Origin: a bacterium
GTDB taxonomy: Bacteria; DRYD01
NCBI GenBank assembly: GCA_039630415.1
Contig: JBCNVB010000003.1
Location: 1-64,000, forward strand
Length of the DNA stretch: 64,000 bases
Reading direction: 5' to 3'
Shown one piece after another: positions 38,729-48,416 of the stretch. Numbering within the stretch: the first letter of the stretch is position 1; each line of letters opens with the position of its first letter. A model generated the notes under the pieces. The model made no database searches and was not told the DNA's origin. It saw only the letters and a program-made list of their open reading frames with translations. A program made the position numbers and the translations under genes.

Positions 38729-39964
38729 ATGATTGCAATTGGATTAACTGATTATAAAATACTACAGAAAATCTTGGAAACAAGCCATATTAGAAATGTT
38801 TTAGTTTTGTCTAAAAGTATTTTTGATAACAAGATTTTTGAAGCTATGGAAAATCAGGGGATTAAGATATTTGAGTTATTTGGACGTGATCAGATTAGAG
38901 ATGTAAAATCTAGATTCATTGATTATCTATCTTTGGTAGATCATATTAGAAACGTTATCAAGAATGTTATCAATAATTTTGAGATACAGGCTTATATTTC
39001 ATATACTACCAATCCATTTCAGTGTGATATAGTACTTCAGCAAACAGAATTTGATTACGTAATAGTTACAAAATCAATAGGGAATCTTATAAACGATTAC
39101 TATCAAGTTAGTCATAATTTTATTTATCAGCTACCCATTTTTAAACCCATAGACTTTTTCTACTTTTTCTACCATTTTAATGGAATAGATAAGTACAGGA
39201 TGAATTTTCTGATTTTAGGAGTACCGGAATTTTATGTGGATTGGATTAATACAGTGATTGGCCAGGTAAGGGGTAAGTTTATAAGGATGAGTGATTGCGC
39301 TAAAATTTTTGCTTTCATACCTGAAAGTTTGATTGAAAAAACTCTATTGGATTACGTATGGGATTTAATGATAAAGTTAAGGTATAACTGTCAGTGGGAT
39401 AGAGTGCAAACTTCACAAACTATTAAAAATCATCTGATTGAAGAAGCTTATGAAGTACTTGATTCTATTGAAAGCAATAATGTAGAGAAGTTCAAAAATG
39501 AGATGGGAGATTTACTTTTGCAAATAATCTTTCATAGTCAAATACAGTCGGATTTTAAGAACTTTAATTTTTATGATGTTGTGAAAGCCATGGTTGATAA
39601 GTTGATATCAAGACATCCACATGTATTTAGTGAGAATAAAACAGATAATATACAGCAAATACTAGTTGAGTGGGAGAAAATGAAGGTAAAAGAAAATAAG
39701 GGTAAGATGATTGATCTACCAAAATCTGCTCCTTCTCTTCTTAAACTATATCTACTGTACAGGAAAATTAAAAGACTTAATATTCAGAATGAATTCAACG
39801 AGTTGGTTTCTAAAATAATTAGCTTACATAATCCCAATATAGCTTCTATTCTGAACAATCTCCATTTGTTTTATTTGTATCAACCAGAAAATCTGGAGAA
39901 TGTATTAAATTTGTTCATAGATAAGCTTGTAAACACTATTGAAACTGAAAAAATCTTAGAATAA
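38729..39964 (+). CDS. MazG family nucleoside triphosphate pyrophosphohydrolase (YabN-like, divergent N-terminus)
   Basis: LR..C.WDRVQT......LIEEAYEV.D, EMGDLLLQIIFHSQI, KLISRHPHVF, WEK.K. Confidence 0.85.
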   Translation: MIAIGLTDYKILQKILETSHIRNVLVLSKSIFDNKIFEAMENQGIKIFELFGRDQIRDVKSRFIDYLSLVDHIRNVIKNVINNFEIQAYISYTTNPFQCDIVLQQTEFDYVIVTKSIGNLINDYYQVSHNFIYQLPIFKPIDFFYFFYHFNGIDKYRMNFLILGVPEFYVDWINTVIGQVRGKFIRMSDCAKIFAFIPESLIEKTLLDYVWDLMIKLRYNCQWDRVQTSQTIKNHLIEEAYEVLDSIESNNVEKFKNEMGDLLLQIIFHSQIQSDFKNFNFYDVVKAMVDKLISRHPHVFSENKTDNIQQILVEWEKMKVKENKGKMIDLPKSAPSLLKLYLLYRKIKRLNIQNEFNELVSKIISLHNPNIASILNNLHLFYLYQPENLENVLNLFIDKLVNTIETEKILE

Positions 39965-40325
39965 CAAGTAGTATAAAAGCGTTACATAATATCCATACCA
40001 GAAAAAAAATAATAGCGAAGGAGTTATTGTTTTCGTCAAATCCTAGCGTACGTAAGGTTATAATTATAACAATTTGCAAAACGGACAATAGTGGGCTAAT
40101 TAAGTAGGAAATGGACAATATCAAGCCAAGAATAGGTAAATATGTAGCTTTTAATTTATGCTTATTTTTTTCAAGGACTAAAATGTAAAAACCTTGAATG
40201 ATTATAATTAAAAAGGGCTTAATGTAAAGTGTATATAGTAAACTATTGGGAAGAATAATTAGAAAGTTATAGAAATAAACAAAAGACGCTACAAAAAAAA
40301 GAAAGTATAGGAGAGAGCTATTCAC
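39936..40325 (-). CDS. Hypothetical small membrane protein
   Basis: 129-aa hydrophobic ORF filling an otherwise empty 360-bp gap; no recognisable motif; start uncertain. Confidence 0.4.
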   Translation of the reverse strand: MNSSLLYFLFFVASFVYFYNFLIILPNSLLYTLYIKPFLIIIIQGFYILVLEKNKHKLKATYLPILGLILSISYLISPLLSVLQIVIIITLRTLGFDENNNSFAIIFFLVWILCNAFILLVILRFFQFQ

Positions 40326-40326
40326 A

Positions 40327-41580
40327 GTGAAAGTATTAATTATTAGTTACTTTTTTCCTCCACTTAACTCAATTGCTTCACTAAGACCTTACTCGTGGGC
40401 GAGATATTTCTCTGAACAAGGTGTAGATGTTACAGTACTAACAACTAGAAAACATAAATTTGAAAATGATTTGGATTTATCGTTTGATGGATTTAAAGTT
40501 GTTGAGATTCCAGTTCCAAAGCCTTTTAAGATAATTTCTTTAGGAAGAGTTATAAATTTTTTCAATAGGGTTTTAAGCTGGGGGATATATTATAAGGTTA
40601 GGTTTCCTGATGAGAGTTACAGATGGGTAAAACCAGCTTTTAAATGGGCTAGTAATTATCAATGGGATGTTGTTATATCTTCTGCTTTACCCCATACTGT
40701 TCATGAAGTAGCTTACTTACTTAAAAAGAATCAAAAGTGTAAAATATGGATTGCTGACTGGAGAGATCTATTTTCTGAAAACCCAATTTACACGGGCTTA
40801 CTAATTTTTAAAAATATAGAAAAGGCCTTGGAAATAAAATATAATTCATCCTGTGATTTAGTTTGTACTGTATCGGAAGGTTTAAGAAAGTATTGGACAA
40901 AAACCTCTAATAAGCCTGTGCAGGTCATTTATAACGGATTTTTTCAAGACGATATTTATGTTCTTAAAAATCTGCATAACACTATTGATAAGACAAATAT
41001 GGATCAAAAAAAGGTTAGAGTTACATATGCTGGTACGTTGTATGATAGAGTATTTTTTATAGATTATTTTCTTGAAGCTGTTGGTGAACTAGTAAAGAAC
41101 CATATAATTGATGCAAATAATTTCGAGCTTAAGGTTTTTGGTGCTTTTGACATTTATAACAAAATTGTAAGGTATGGTTTAAAAGAAGTGTATTCTTACG
41201 GTGGGTTTGTTAAAAAAGATGAGGTTATGAAACATTATTTTTTAAGTGATTTTTTACTATTTCCTCTGGAAAAAGAGGAAAATAAAGAAAATTGGAAGGG
41301 AATATTAACTGGTAAGATATTTGAGTACTTGGGTGTAAATCTCTTTATCCCTAAACCTATACTTGTTATTGGTAATAGTTTCGATGAAGAAAAAATGGAA
41401 CTGTTAAAAAAATCGGGTTGTTGCATTTTTCTTGATTCGAAACAAAAGGTATTTGATTTCTTTTACAATTATATTCAGAACGGTACTGTTAGTATTAATC
41501 CCAATAAGGATTTTATATCTTTTTTTTCTAGAGAGAACCAAGCCAGAATACTTTTATCTAAGATTAAGGAAATACTATAA
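40327..41580 (+). CDS. GT4-like (GT-B) glycosyltransferase
   Basis: MKVLIISYFFPP, WIADWRD, IYNGF, YAGTLY, TGKIFEYL. Confidence 0.88.
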   Translation: MKVLIISYFFPPLNSIASLRPYSWARYFSEQGVDVTVLTTRKHKFENDLDLSFDGFKVVEIPVPKPFKIISLGRVINFFNRVLSWGIYYKVRFPDESYRWVKPAFKWASNYQWDVVISSALPHTVHEVAYLLKKNQKCKIWIADWRDLFSENPIYTGLLIFKNIEKALEIKYNSSCDLVCTVSEGLRKYWTKTSNKPVQVIYNGFFQDDIYVLKNLHNTIDKTNMDQKKVRVTYAGTLYDRVFFIDYFLEAVGELVKNHIIDANNFELKVFGAFDIYNKIVRYGLKEVYSYGGFVKKDEVMKHYFLSDFLLFPLEKEENKENWKGILTGKIFEYLGVNLFIPKPILVIGNSFDEEKMELLKKSGCCIFLDSKQKVFDFFYNYIQNGTVSINPNKDFISFFSRENQARILLSKIKEIL

Positions 41581-41584
41581 ACTT

Positions 41585-42205
41585 ATGAAGGTTATACTGA
41601 TTGGTGGTGGAGGGCATTCTAAGGTAATTCTATACATTATTAAAAGAGATTACCCTGAATGGTTTGTTTTTGGCTATATTTCACAGCAAGAAACTGGTAT
41701 CGATATTAAGTATCTTGGGACTGAGCAAGATATATACAAATTTGATCCTAAAGAGTTTTGCTTAGTTATGGCCATAGGGCAGGTAGATTTAGGGTATAGT
41801 AGAAGAGAAATAGTTCAAAAACTTACAAGTAGAGGATATAGTTTTTTAACTGTTATTTCTCGTTATAGTATTATAGCTAGTGGTGTTAGGATTGGTCGAG
41901 GAACAGTAGTTATGGATAAAGTTTTAGTTAATGTTGACTCTTATATTGGAGATTTTTGTATTCTTAACAGTGGATGTATAGTTGAGCATGATTGTAAGAT
42001 TGGAGATTTTGTACATATAGCACCAGGTGCTGTACTATCTGGTGGAGTTAAAGTTGGTGATCATTGCTTTATTGGAGCAGGTAGTGTTGTTAAGCATTAT
42101 ACATCTATATGTGATAACGTCATAGTGGGTGCTGGGGGTGTTGTCAATAAAGACATAATTGATCAGGGTACCTATGTTGGAGTACCTGTAAGAAAAATAA
42201 AATAA
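41585..42205 (+). CDS. NeuD/PglD-family sugar acetyltransferase (left-handed beta-helix)
   Basis: IGGGGHSKV, MAIG, VEHDC.IGDFVHIAPGA hexapeptide repeats, VGVP.R. ATG 41585 follows the GT stop; the ORF track start 41432 overlaps the GT gene. Confidence 0.9.
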   Translation: MKVILIGGGGHSKVILYIIKRDYPEWFVFGYISQQETGIDIKYLGTEQDIYKFDPKEFCLVMAIGQVDLGYSRREIVQKLTSRGYSFLTVISRYSIIASGVRIGRGTVVMDKVLVNVDSYIGDFCILNSGCIVEHDCKIGDFVHIAPGAVLSGGVKVGDHCFIGAGSVVKHYTSICDNVIVGAGGVVNKDIIDQGTYVGVPVRKIK

Positions 42206-42208
42206 CTA

Positions 42209-43069
42209 TCAAGGAAAAGCTAATTCTATGTCTTTCTCTATTTGCTTTACCATAGCTTTCAAGGTTTTAAAATTCTTTATTTTTCGGATGAATCGTAGTA
42301 ATTTTACTCTTATTGGTTGGTAGTATATGTTTTCGTTAAAATCTTTAATCCAAACTTCAATAGATATTTGGAAGTTATTAATAACTGGTCTAGGTCCTAC
42401 ATAAAGTAGACCTTCAAAAGTTTTGTTATGGAATTGGTTATTTAGGATTTCAACTTGTGATTTATATATTCCGAAGAATGGGATAACTTTATTAGGTGGT
42501 AAAAGAATGTTGGCTGTTGGGAACCCTATTTGCCTACCTATCTTTTGGCCCTCTATAACTATACCTGTTATAAAGTAAGGTCTTCCTAACATATGTTCTA
42601 CTTCTGATAATTTTTGGGGATGATTTGCAATTATATCTCTTATTAGGGAACTATGAACTATTCTTTTTTCAAAGTATACGGGTTTTTGAACTATCAATTC
42701 ATACTTGAATTTTTTTGATAGTTTTTGAAGAGTTTTTATGTTTCCTAAAGCTTTATATCCGAATCTGAAATCATATCCGACACATATAGTCTCAAAGTCA
42801 TACAGTTGCTTTAGGTATTTGATGAATTGTTCTGGCGACATATGGTGGATATTTTTAAAAATAAGGAAATCTACTTTCAATTGTGGAAATAAAGAGCTAA
42901 GTATTTCTTTTTTTTCCTGATTTGTTGTTAGTAAGCAGTTGTTGATTTTCTTTAGAAATACTTTAGGGCTAGTATCAAAAGTTACTAATATTCCTGGGTA
43001 AATATTCTGTATTAATTTTTGGTGTCCTATGTGGATGCCATCAAAAAAGCCTACGGTTACTTTGGACAT
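42209..43069 (-). CDS. ribF: Bifunctional riboflavin kinase / FAD synthetase
   Basis: GFFDGIHIGHQ, VGYDFRFG, SS.IR, GRQIGFPTAN. Confidence 0.94.
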   Translation of the reverse strand: MSKVTVGFFDGIHIGHQKLIQNIYPGILVTFDTSPKVFLKKINNCLLTTNQEKKEILSSLFPQLKVDFLIFKNIHHMSPEQFIKYLKQLYDFETICVGYDFRFGYKALGNIKTLQKLSKKFKYELIVQKPVYFEKRIVHSSLIRDIIANHPQKLSEVEHMLGRPYFITGIVIEGQKIGRQIGFPTANILLPPNKVIPFFGIYKSQVEILNNQFHNKTFEGLLYVGPRPVINNFQISIEVWIKDFNENIYYQPIRVKLLRFIRKIKNFKTLKAMVKQIEKDIELAFP

Positions 43070-43074
43070 TACTT

Positions 43075-44064
43075 TTAATATGGTTTGAGGACTTTTCTTA
43101 TTTTGAAATTGATACAGTCATCTGACTGACATATTGCTAAAATTTCTTTTCTTCTATCCTTTACGATGAAAATATTTTTATCATTGTAGATACCCTTTTT
43201 TTCAAGATGGATTATGTTTTGATTTGAGAAGCTATGACCATTTCTTACTTTGAATACTGTTTTATCGTTAACTATTACGTATGAAAAGTTTTCTAAAATG
43301 GTAGTTAGTGGAATTATTAGATCAGAGATATTTGGGGTTTGCTTTATTTCTTCGATAGTTACTGACTGGCTAAGTGTGAAATTATTAGAGTTTTTTCTTA
43401 CCAGGAATGAAAGTGTTAAGGGTATATTTATTTTTTGGCTTATGTCTTTGATTATTGATCTTACATATGTGCCTTGTGAGCATTCTATTTCTAGTTGTAT
43501 TCTATGGTGGTTATTAAAAAAGTAGTGGTCAAGTAGCTTGATGGAGTAAATATAAACTATGTTTGATTTTTGTTGAACTAGTTGTTGTTGTAGTTTTGGA
43601 GCTATTTGGTACATTCTTATTCCTTTAATTTTTTTAGCACTATAGGATGGGGCATATTGAGTGAATTTTCCTATATATTGTGGAAGTAAGTTTTCTATTT
43701 GTTTTACTATTTGTGAGGCTGTTTCAGGAGTGATATTTACTTGGTTAATTACTTTTCCTGATGTGTCTAGGGTATCTGTTTCTTTTCCGAGTATTATTTC
43801 GCAGCTATAGGTTTTGTGTTTACTGAGATAAGGGATTATTTTGGTAGCTTTATTTAAGAGGATTACAAGAATTCCTGCAGCGTTAGGGTCTAGGGTGCCG
43901 GTGTGTCCTGCTTTTTCTACCAGGTCTCCAACACTTTGTGTTTGTCTGTATATACGCCTTAGTTTTTGGTTTATTATGGTTTTTATTTTTTCTACGTACT
44001 GTGTTGATGTAAAGCCGGGTGATTTATTTACTACTATTGCTCCGTCTAGTGTTTCCTGGATCAC
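43075..44064 (-). CDS. truB: tRNA pseudouridine(55) synthase
   Basis: NK.PG.TS, GHTGTLDP.A.G, TDTLD..G, P.YSAKK, CSQGTYVRS. Confidence 0.93.
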   Translation of the reverse strand: MIQETLDGAIVVNKSPGFTSTQYVEKIKTIINQKLRRIYRQTQSVGDLVEKAGHTGTLDPNAAGILVILLNKATKIIPYLSKHKTYSCEIILGKETDTLDTSGKVINQVNITPETASQIVKQIENLLPQYIGKFTQYAPSYSAKKIKGIRMYQIAPKLQQQLVQQKSNIVYIYSIKLLDHYFFNNHHRIQLEIECSQGTYVRSIIKDISQKINIPLTLSFLVRKNSNNFTLSQSVTIEEIKQTPNISDLIIPLTTILENFSYVIVNDKTVFKVRNGHSFSNQNIIHLEKKGIYNDKNIFIVKDRRKEILAICQSDDCINFKIRKVLKPY

Positions 44065-44086
44065 ATGTATATAATTCTATGTTGAT

Positions 44087-44461
44087 CTATCTTTTACCTG
44101 TGAAGGCGAAGACCATTTTATATCCTTTGGTAAGTCTATCTACAACGATATTTATAGCTTTTCCGAAGGATACATTTTTGATGTAGTTATTGTGAAGGAA
44201 AACGTATGGATCTATCGGGAAGTTTTCTCTTAAGAATTGGAGGAATTTTTGACCTGCTGGTGATAGTACTGCTACATCTCTTGAAAACGGAGATTTTTCT
44301 GCACTTTTTATGTGTGCAAGAATTAGTGGGTCTATTTCTTCTATTTCTTCTGTTTGCTCTACTTGTCTTGAAAAGTAAGTTTCACGTGCTAACTGTTGAG
44401 TGTAGGTATTAAGGATGGTATCTCTACCTATGTTTTGGTTATCCAAGGTTACCCCTCCCAA
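44087..44461 (-). CDS. Hypothetical protein
   Basis: 124-aa ORF in the same orientation as its neighbours; no confident motif; start uncertain. Confidence 0.55.
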   Translation of the reverse strand: MGGVTLDNQNIGRDTILNTYTQQLARETYFSRQVEQTEEIEEIDPLILAHIKSAEKSPFSRDVAVLSPAGQKFLQFLRENFPIDPYVFLHNNYIKNVSFGKAINIVVDRLTKGYKMVFAFTGKR

Positions 44462-44520
44462 CTAAATTTACTCTAATTAAAAACTTTTGCCAAATTTTTT
44501 AAATAAATGTGAAAAAAAAG

Positions 44521-46026
44521 TTAAAAAACTGTAAAATTAGGGCTTAGAGCATATTCTTCGGCGAACTTGTGAGCCAGCTTAGTTACACTACCTGCTCCAA
44601 TGAAAACTATTATAGTATCTTTCGACTCACTTTCAGAAAGGGAAACTAATTTTTTTAAGTAATCGATTGTATTTTCAAAACTTTCCAAGTATGTTATCTG
44701 TTTTATATTGTTTTTAGAGGATTTTATAACTTGAGTTAGGTTTTTTGAATTTATATTGGGAATAGGGGCTTCTCCTGCTTCATATATCGGTAGAATAATC
44801 AAGTAATCAAGGTTAAAGAAGGAATATTTTAGTTTGTCCCAGAACATCATAGTTCGGGTATATCTATGAGGCTGAAACACAGCTATTCTTTTGTAATTTT
44901 TGTAGACTTTGTTTAGATTTGATATTAGGGATTTTATCTTTTTAGGGTTATGTGCATAGTCATCTGTTATGATTAGTCTTGAATTTTTTATTTTGGTATT
45001 TAGCAGTATTTCGAACCTTCTTTTAGGAAGTGGTAAGGTTTGTGAGATTTGATTTAATTCTCGTAATTTTTTTATATCTTCTGTTAGTGTTAAAATAATT
45101 GATGCAGCTGCTGTATAGTTAAGAGCATTATATGAACCTATTGATCCTAGTTTTGCTTTACCTATTAGTTCTTGTTTGTTTTTATAAGTTATTTTGAGAT
45201 CAAATTCTATAAAAGGGTAACCATTAATTTGGCATTGTTTAAGATTGTCGAAATACAAAAAAATGTGGTTATTTGGGGGATTATTTTCAGGGTTTGTTCC
45301 GAATACTGCTGCAACCTCAAAACCATTTTCCTTTATGAATTTGTTCAAAGATTTTTCTTCTGATATTATTAGTTTCCCTTTTGCTGATTGGATTTTATTT
45401 ATGAAGTTTTTATAGATTTCTTTTAATTTTGAAGGTAATTTATTTAGGGGTGTATTTTGAAAGGCTTTAGAGTTTAGGTTAATATCAACTGCTAGATCTG
45501 TAATTAATCCGATATAAACAGGGTAATTTAGTAAGGTACCGTCTGATTCATCTGCTTCAAGAACTACTGTATCTGAGTTGTTCCATAGAGTATTTGAATT
45601 TATTTGATCTATCCATCCTCCTGTGATTAAGCAGGTTTGTATATTTATTTGATTCATTCCTATTCCTGTTAGGGTGGTAGTGGTTGTTTTACCTGAGCTT
45701 CCTGTAATAGCTATTACTTTTTTATCTTTGAGTATTTGATTTAGAAATTCTGAGCGATGGAGAATGGGGATTTGTAGTTGTTGAGCTTTTCTATATTCTT
45801 CATTATTTTTGTCTATAGCAGAGGAATATACAAATAAATCTATGTCTGGGGTGATGTTTGATTCTTTTTGTCCTATTATGATTTGTGTACCCATTTTTTG
45901 TAGTTGATTTGTTATGTATGATTGTTGAATATCACTTCCTATGACTATATTTCCTTGTTTAAGGGCTATTTGAGCTAGTGCGCTCATTCCTATTCCGCCT
46001 ATACCACTGAAATATATCTTCTTCAT
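44521..46026 (-). CDS. murC: UDP-N-acetylmuramate--L-alanine ligase (divergent)
   Basis: GIGGIGMSALA, GSD, SSAI, GKTTTT, EADESDG, RRF, DDYAH.P, FQPHRYTRT, GAG. Confidence 0.85.
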   Translation of the reverse strand: MKKIYFSGIGGIGMSALAQIALKQGNIVIGSDIQQSYITNQLQKMGTQIIIGQKESNITPDIDLFVYSSAIDKNNEEYRKAQQLQIPILHRSEFLNQILKDKKVIAITGSSGKTTTTTLTGIGMNQINIQTCLITGGWIDQINSNTLWNNSDTVVLEADESDGTLLNYPVYIGLITDLAVDINLNSKAFQNTPLNKLPSKLKEIYKNFINKIQSAKGKLIISEEKSLNKFIKENGFEVAAVFGTNPENNPPNNHIFLYFDNLKQCQINGYPFIEFDLKITYKNKQELIGKAKLGSIGSYNALNYTAAASIILTLTEDIKKLRELNQISQTLPLPKRRFEILLNTKIKNSRLIITDDYAHNPKKIKSLISNLNKVYKNYKRIAVFQPHRYTRTMMFWDKLKYSFFNLDYLIILPIYEAGEAPIPNINSKNLTQVIKSSKNNIKQITYLESFENTIDYLKKLVSLSESESKDTIIVFIGAGSVTKLAHKFAEEYALSPNFTVF

Positions 46027-46031
46027 TATCC

Positions 46032-47765
46032 TTAATCTAGATTTCTACTTGATTTTGTTATGTACAAGTGAATTCCTCTTGCTATTGCGGAAGCTATTTT
46101 ATCTAGATTTTGAAAGGATTTAAGTTTAATAGCATCATTGTAATTACTTATAAAACCTATTTCTAGTAGTACTGATGGAAGTGGATTTCTTCTTAGTACA
46201 TAGAAGTTTGCTGTTCTTATACCTTTATCATCGAAGATATTAGTTTTAGCTATTTCTTGATGTATGTAGTAAGCCAGTGGATAATCTATATCTTTGTTGT
46301 AGAAAGTTATGAGTCCATTTGCAAAGGAATAAGTTGAAGCGTTTATATGTACTGAAACAAATATACTTGCTTTATTTTTTATTCCTACATTTACTCTAGC
46401 CTGAAGTTCTTCTGAATCTATTGCGCTGCCAGTTAGTTCATAATCTCCATATCGTGTTAGTATTACTTTATATCCCATATCCGATAGCTTTTGCTGTGTA
46501 AGTTGAGATATTTTTAGGGTAATGTCTTTTTCTTCTAGACTTAGTGAATGGTTAACAGCTCCAGAGTCTCTTCCTCCATGGCCAGGATCTATTACTATAA
46601 CCTTACCCGTAAAATTTATTGGACTAAAATCATCCTCCAGGATATTATCACTTTTCTCTTTTACTAGAAAACTTATTAGTTTACCAGTATTTGATATCAG
46701 ATCCAGGGATGTATTTATTTTTACATTTGGTTTAGGTGTTATTACGATTCTAGTAATTGGTACCGGATTAAGTTGGTTTTGAGCATATTTGACACTATCT
46801 ACTACATCAGAAGTTATGTGTATTTCATTTGAAGAAACAGTTAATATAGTATTATATAAGTCTATATACCATTTACCATTATCCAGTCTATTTATGGAAT
46901 AGTTTATTGGTTTATCGAGGCTTATAAGGATTGACAGGTTTGAGCCTGAAACTTGGGGTGTTATCTGGTATATCTTTACTTGTTCTTCCTCTTTTGTTTG
47001 ATAGTCAAGTTTTGAAGTTTTAGCATACAGTTCAGGTATTCTATCGGAGAATACCATTTGAAGTTGGTTAGGAAGTATTCTAGCTAAAGTTTTTACTTTT
47101 TGACCAGGTTTGAGTTCAACTACTACTCTCACTATCGCGGGTAATTGATTGAATTGTGAAACTCTAATTTGATAAATATACTCGTTTGAGGAGAGTATTT
47201 TTTGTCTCACTATGTGTGGTGATAAAACGCAATCTTCTAAATCTACTACAAATCTCAGGGGATTATTTAAGTAAAAGTTTTTCTGAATCTTTATTTCTTT
47301 AGCCCCATTTATCACTAAGCTATCCTGTGAAACTGATATTTCTTTTATTTGTGGATAAAAATATATTTTTCCTTTTTCGTAATCATATATTGGTGATATT
47401 CCTATGTGATCTTGAATTGATGAGTAGGGTATGTAGATTTTTTCTTCATAGACTAAAGGTATAAACTTAGCTTTGAATTTAGGCATATCATTTGAAACAA
47501 TTAAACAATCTAAAATTTTTTCACTCGTGTCTTTATTTATCGTTACATACCAATCTAGAAATCCAAATGATTTCATTAAAGTTATGAAATCTTCTTGGGA
47601 GAAGTATATTTCTCTATCAGTTATTATTGGACCTTCTTTAAAGGGGATTGCTTTATTTTTATAGATAAATTGTATTTTTTGGATGGGTTCTGCTTTTGTT
47701 AGGGGGTGAAAAAGGAATAAGAGCAGTATTAAAATAAAAAGTATGCCCCTCATCTTTTTCACCAC
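46032..47765 (-). CDS. N-acetylmuramoyl-L-alanine amidase (Amidase_3) with AMIN domains
   Basis: Signal peptide; NP.RFVVDL and IRVSQF...VRVV AMIN motifs; IDPGHGG.D.GA, EK, SVH.NA, PSVLLEIGFISN. Confidence 0.92.
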   Translation of the reverse strand: MVKKMRGILFILILLLFLFHPLTKAEPIQKIQFIYKNKAIPFKEGPIITDREIYFSQEDFITLMKSFGFLDWYVTINKDTSEKILDCLIVSNDMPKFKAKFIPLVYEEKIYIPYSSIQDHIGISPIYDYEKGKIYFYPQIKEISVSQDSLVINGAKEIKIQKNFYLNNPLRFVVDLEDCVLSPHIVRQKILSSNEYIYQIRVSQFNQLPAIVRVVVELKPGQKVKTLARILPNQLQMVFSDRIPELYAKTSKLDYQTKEEEQVKIYQITPQVSGSNLSILISLDKPINYSINRLDNGKWYIDLYNTILTVSSNEIHITSDVVDSVKYAQNQLNPVPITRIVITPKPNVKINTSLDLISNTGKLISFLVKEKSDNILEDDFSPINFTGKVIVIDPGHGGRDSGAVNHSLSLEEKDITLKISQLTQQKLSDMGYKVILTRYGDYELTGSAIDSEELQARVNVGIKNKASIFVSVHINASTYSFANGLITFYNKDIDYPLAYYIHQEIAKTNIFDDKGIRTANFYVLRRNPLPSVLLEIGFISNYNDAIKLKSFQNLDKIASAIARGIHLYITKSSRNLD

Positions 47766-47830
47766 CTTTGCCCTTATCTTATTTTTTAAATTCTACCTCT
47801 CAATCTTTCCTACCTTGTTTTAATAAAAAT

Positions 47831-47847
47831 TTTACATACTTTTTACA
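47831..47847. promoter_or_regulatory. TTTACA-N5-TTTACA direct repeat (reverse complement TGTAAA-N5-TGTAAA); WalR-consensus-like box between divergent cell-wall hydrolase genes
   Basis: tttaca tactt tttaca read at 47831-47847. Confidence 0.45.
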
Positions 47848-47879
47848 CTTTTTTAAACAAAATTGAAAATAGTATAAGC

Positions 47880-48416
47880 ATGAGGAACATAGATAGCAAA
47901 TTTGAGATAATAAATCAAAGGTTGGCTGATATTAGCCAACGAATAGAACAAAAAACTAACCTTGATGAAAGGTTCTCATCAATATTCAGTAACTCAATAA
48001 AAGAGCCAGAAAAGAAACAGGATACTACTAGCTCACTCGATGAACTACTAAAAAGCATAAGAAACGATCCAAACAATAGTATACTAAACTCTGTTAGTAA
48101 AGATACAATCATAGAATTCAGGGGATTCAAAATGAAAGCAGAAGTTGCAGCAAGATTCATAGAACTAGAAAAGATGATAAAGCAACATTTTCCTGGTAGA
48201 GAAATAATAATAACTTCTGGAATGGATGGAAAACACATGCCTAACAGTGCCCACTATCGAGGAGAAGCACTAGATTTCGTAGTGGAACCTTTAACTATTG
48301 AAGAATCCAAGATAGTTGAAAAACTATGTGAAAAAGCAGGATTCAAAGTCTACAATGAATACATCTACGATAGTCCTTACAAAACAGGACCCCACATGCA
48401 CATACAACTACCTTAG
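47880..48416 (+). CDS. Peptidase M15-like Zn metallopeptidase (LAS / Hedgehog-DD-peptidase fold)
   Basis: ITSG, SAHYRGEALDF (H-x6-D) and HMH metal ligands; coiled-coil N-terminus. Confidence 0.75.
   Translation: MRNIDSKFEIINQRLADISQRIEQKTNLDERFSSIFSNSIKEPEKKQDTTSSLDELLKSIRNDPNNSILNSVSKDTIIEFRGFKMKAEVAARFIELEKMIKQHFPGREIIITSGMDGKHMPNSAHYRGEALDFVVEPLTIEESKIVEKLCEKAGFKVYNEYIYDSPYKTGPHMHIQLP

Noticed and set aside
41432-41584. Long N-terminal extension of the acetyltransferase
   Set aside because: It overlaps the glycosyltransferase gene; the family motif begins at ATG 41585.
14071-47765. Apparent local switches between C/A-rich and G/T-rich plus-strand composition (possible inversions or a replication boundary)
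   Set aside because: An impression only; it needs a computed GC-skew and third-codon-position profile, and I identified no DnaA-box cluster or dif site.
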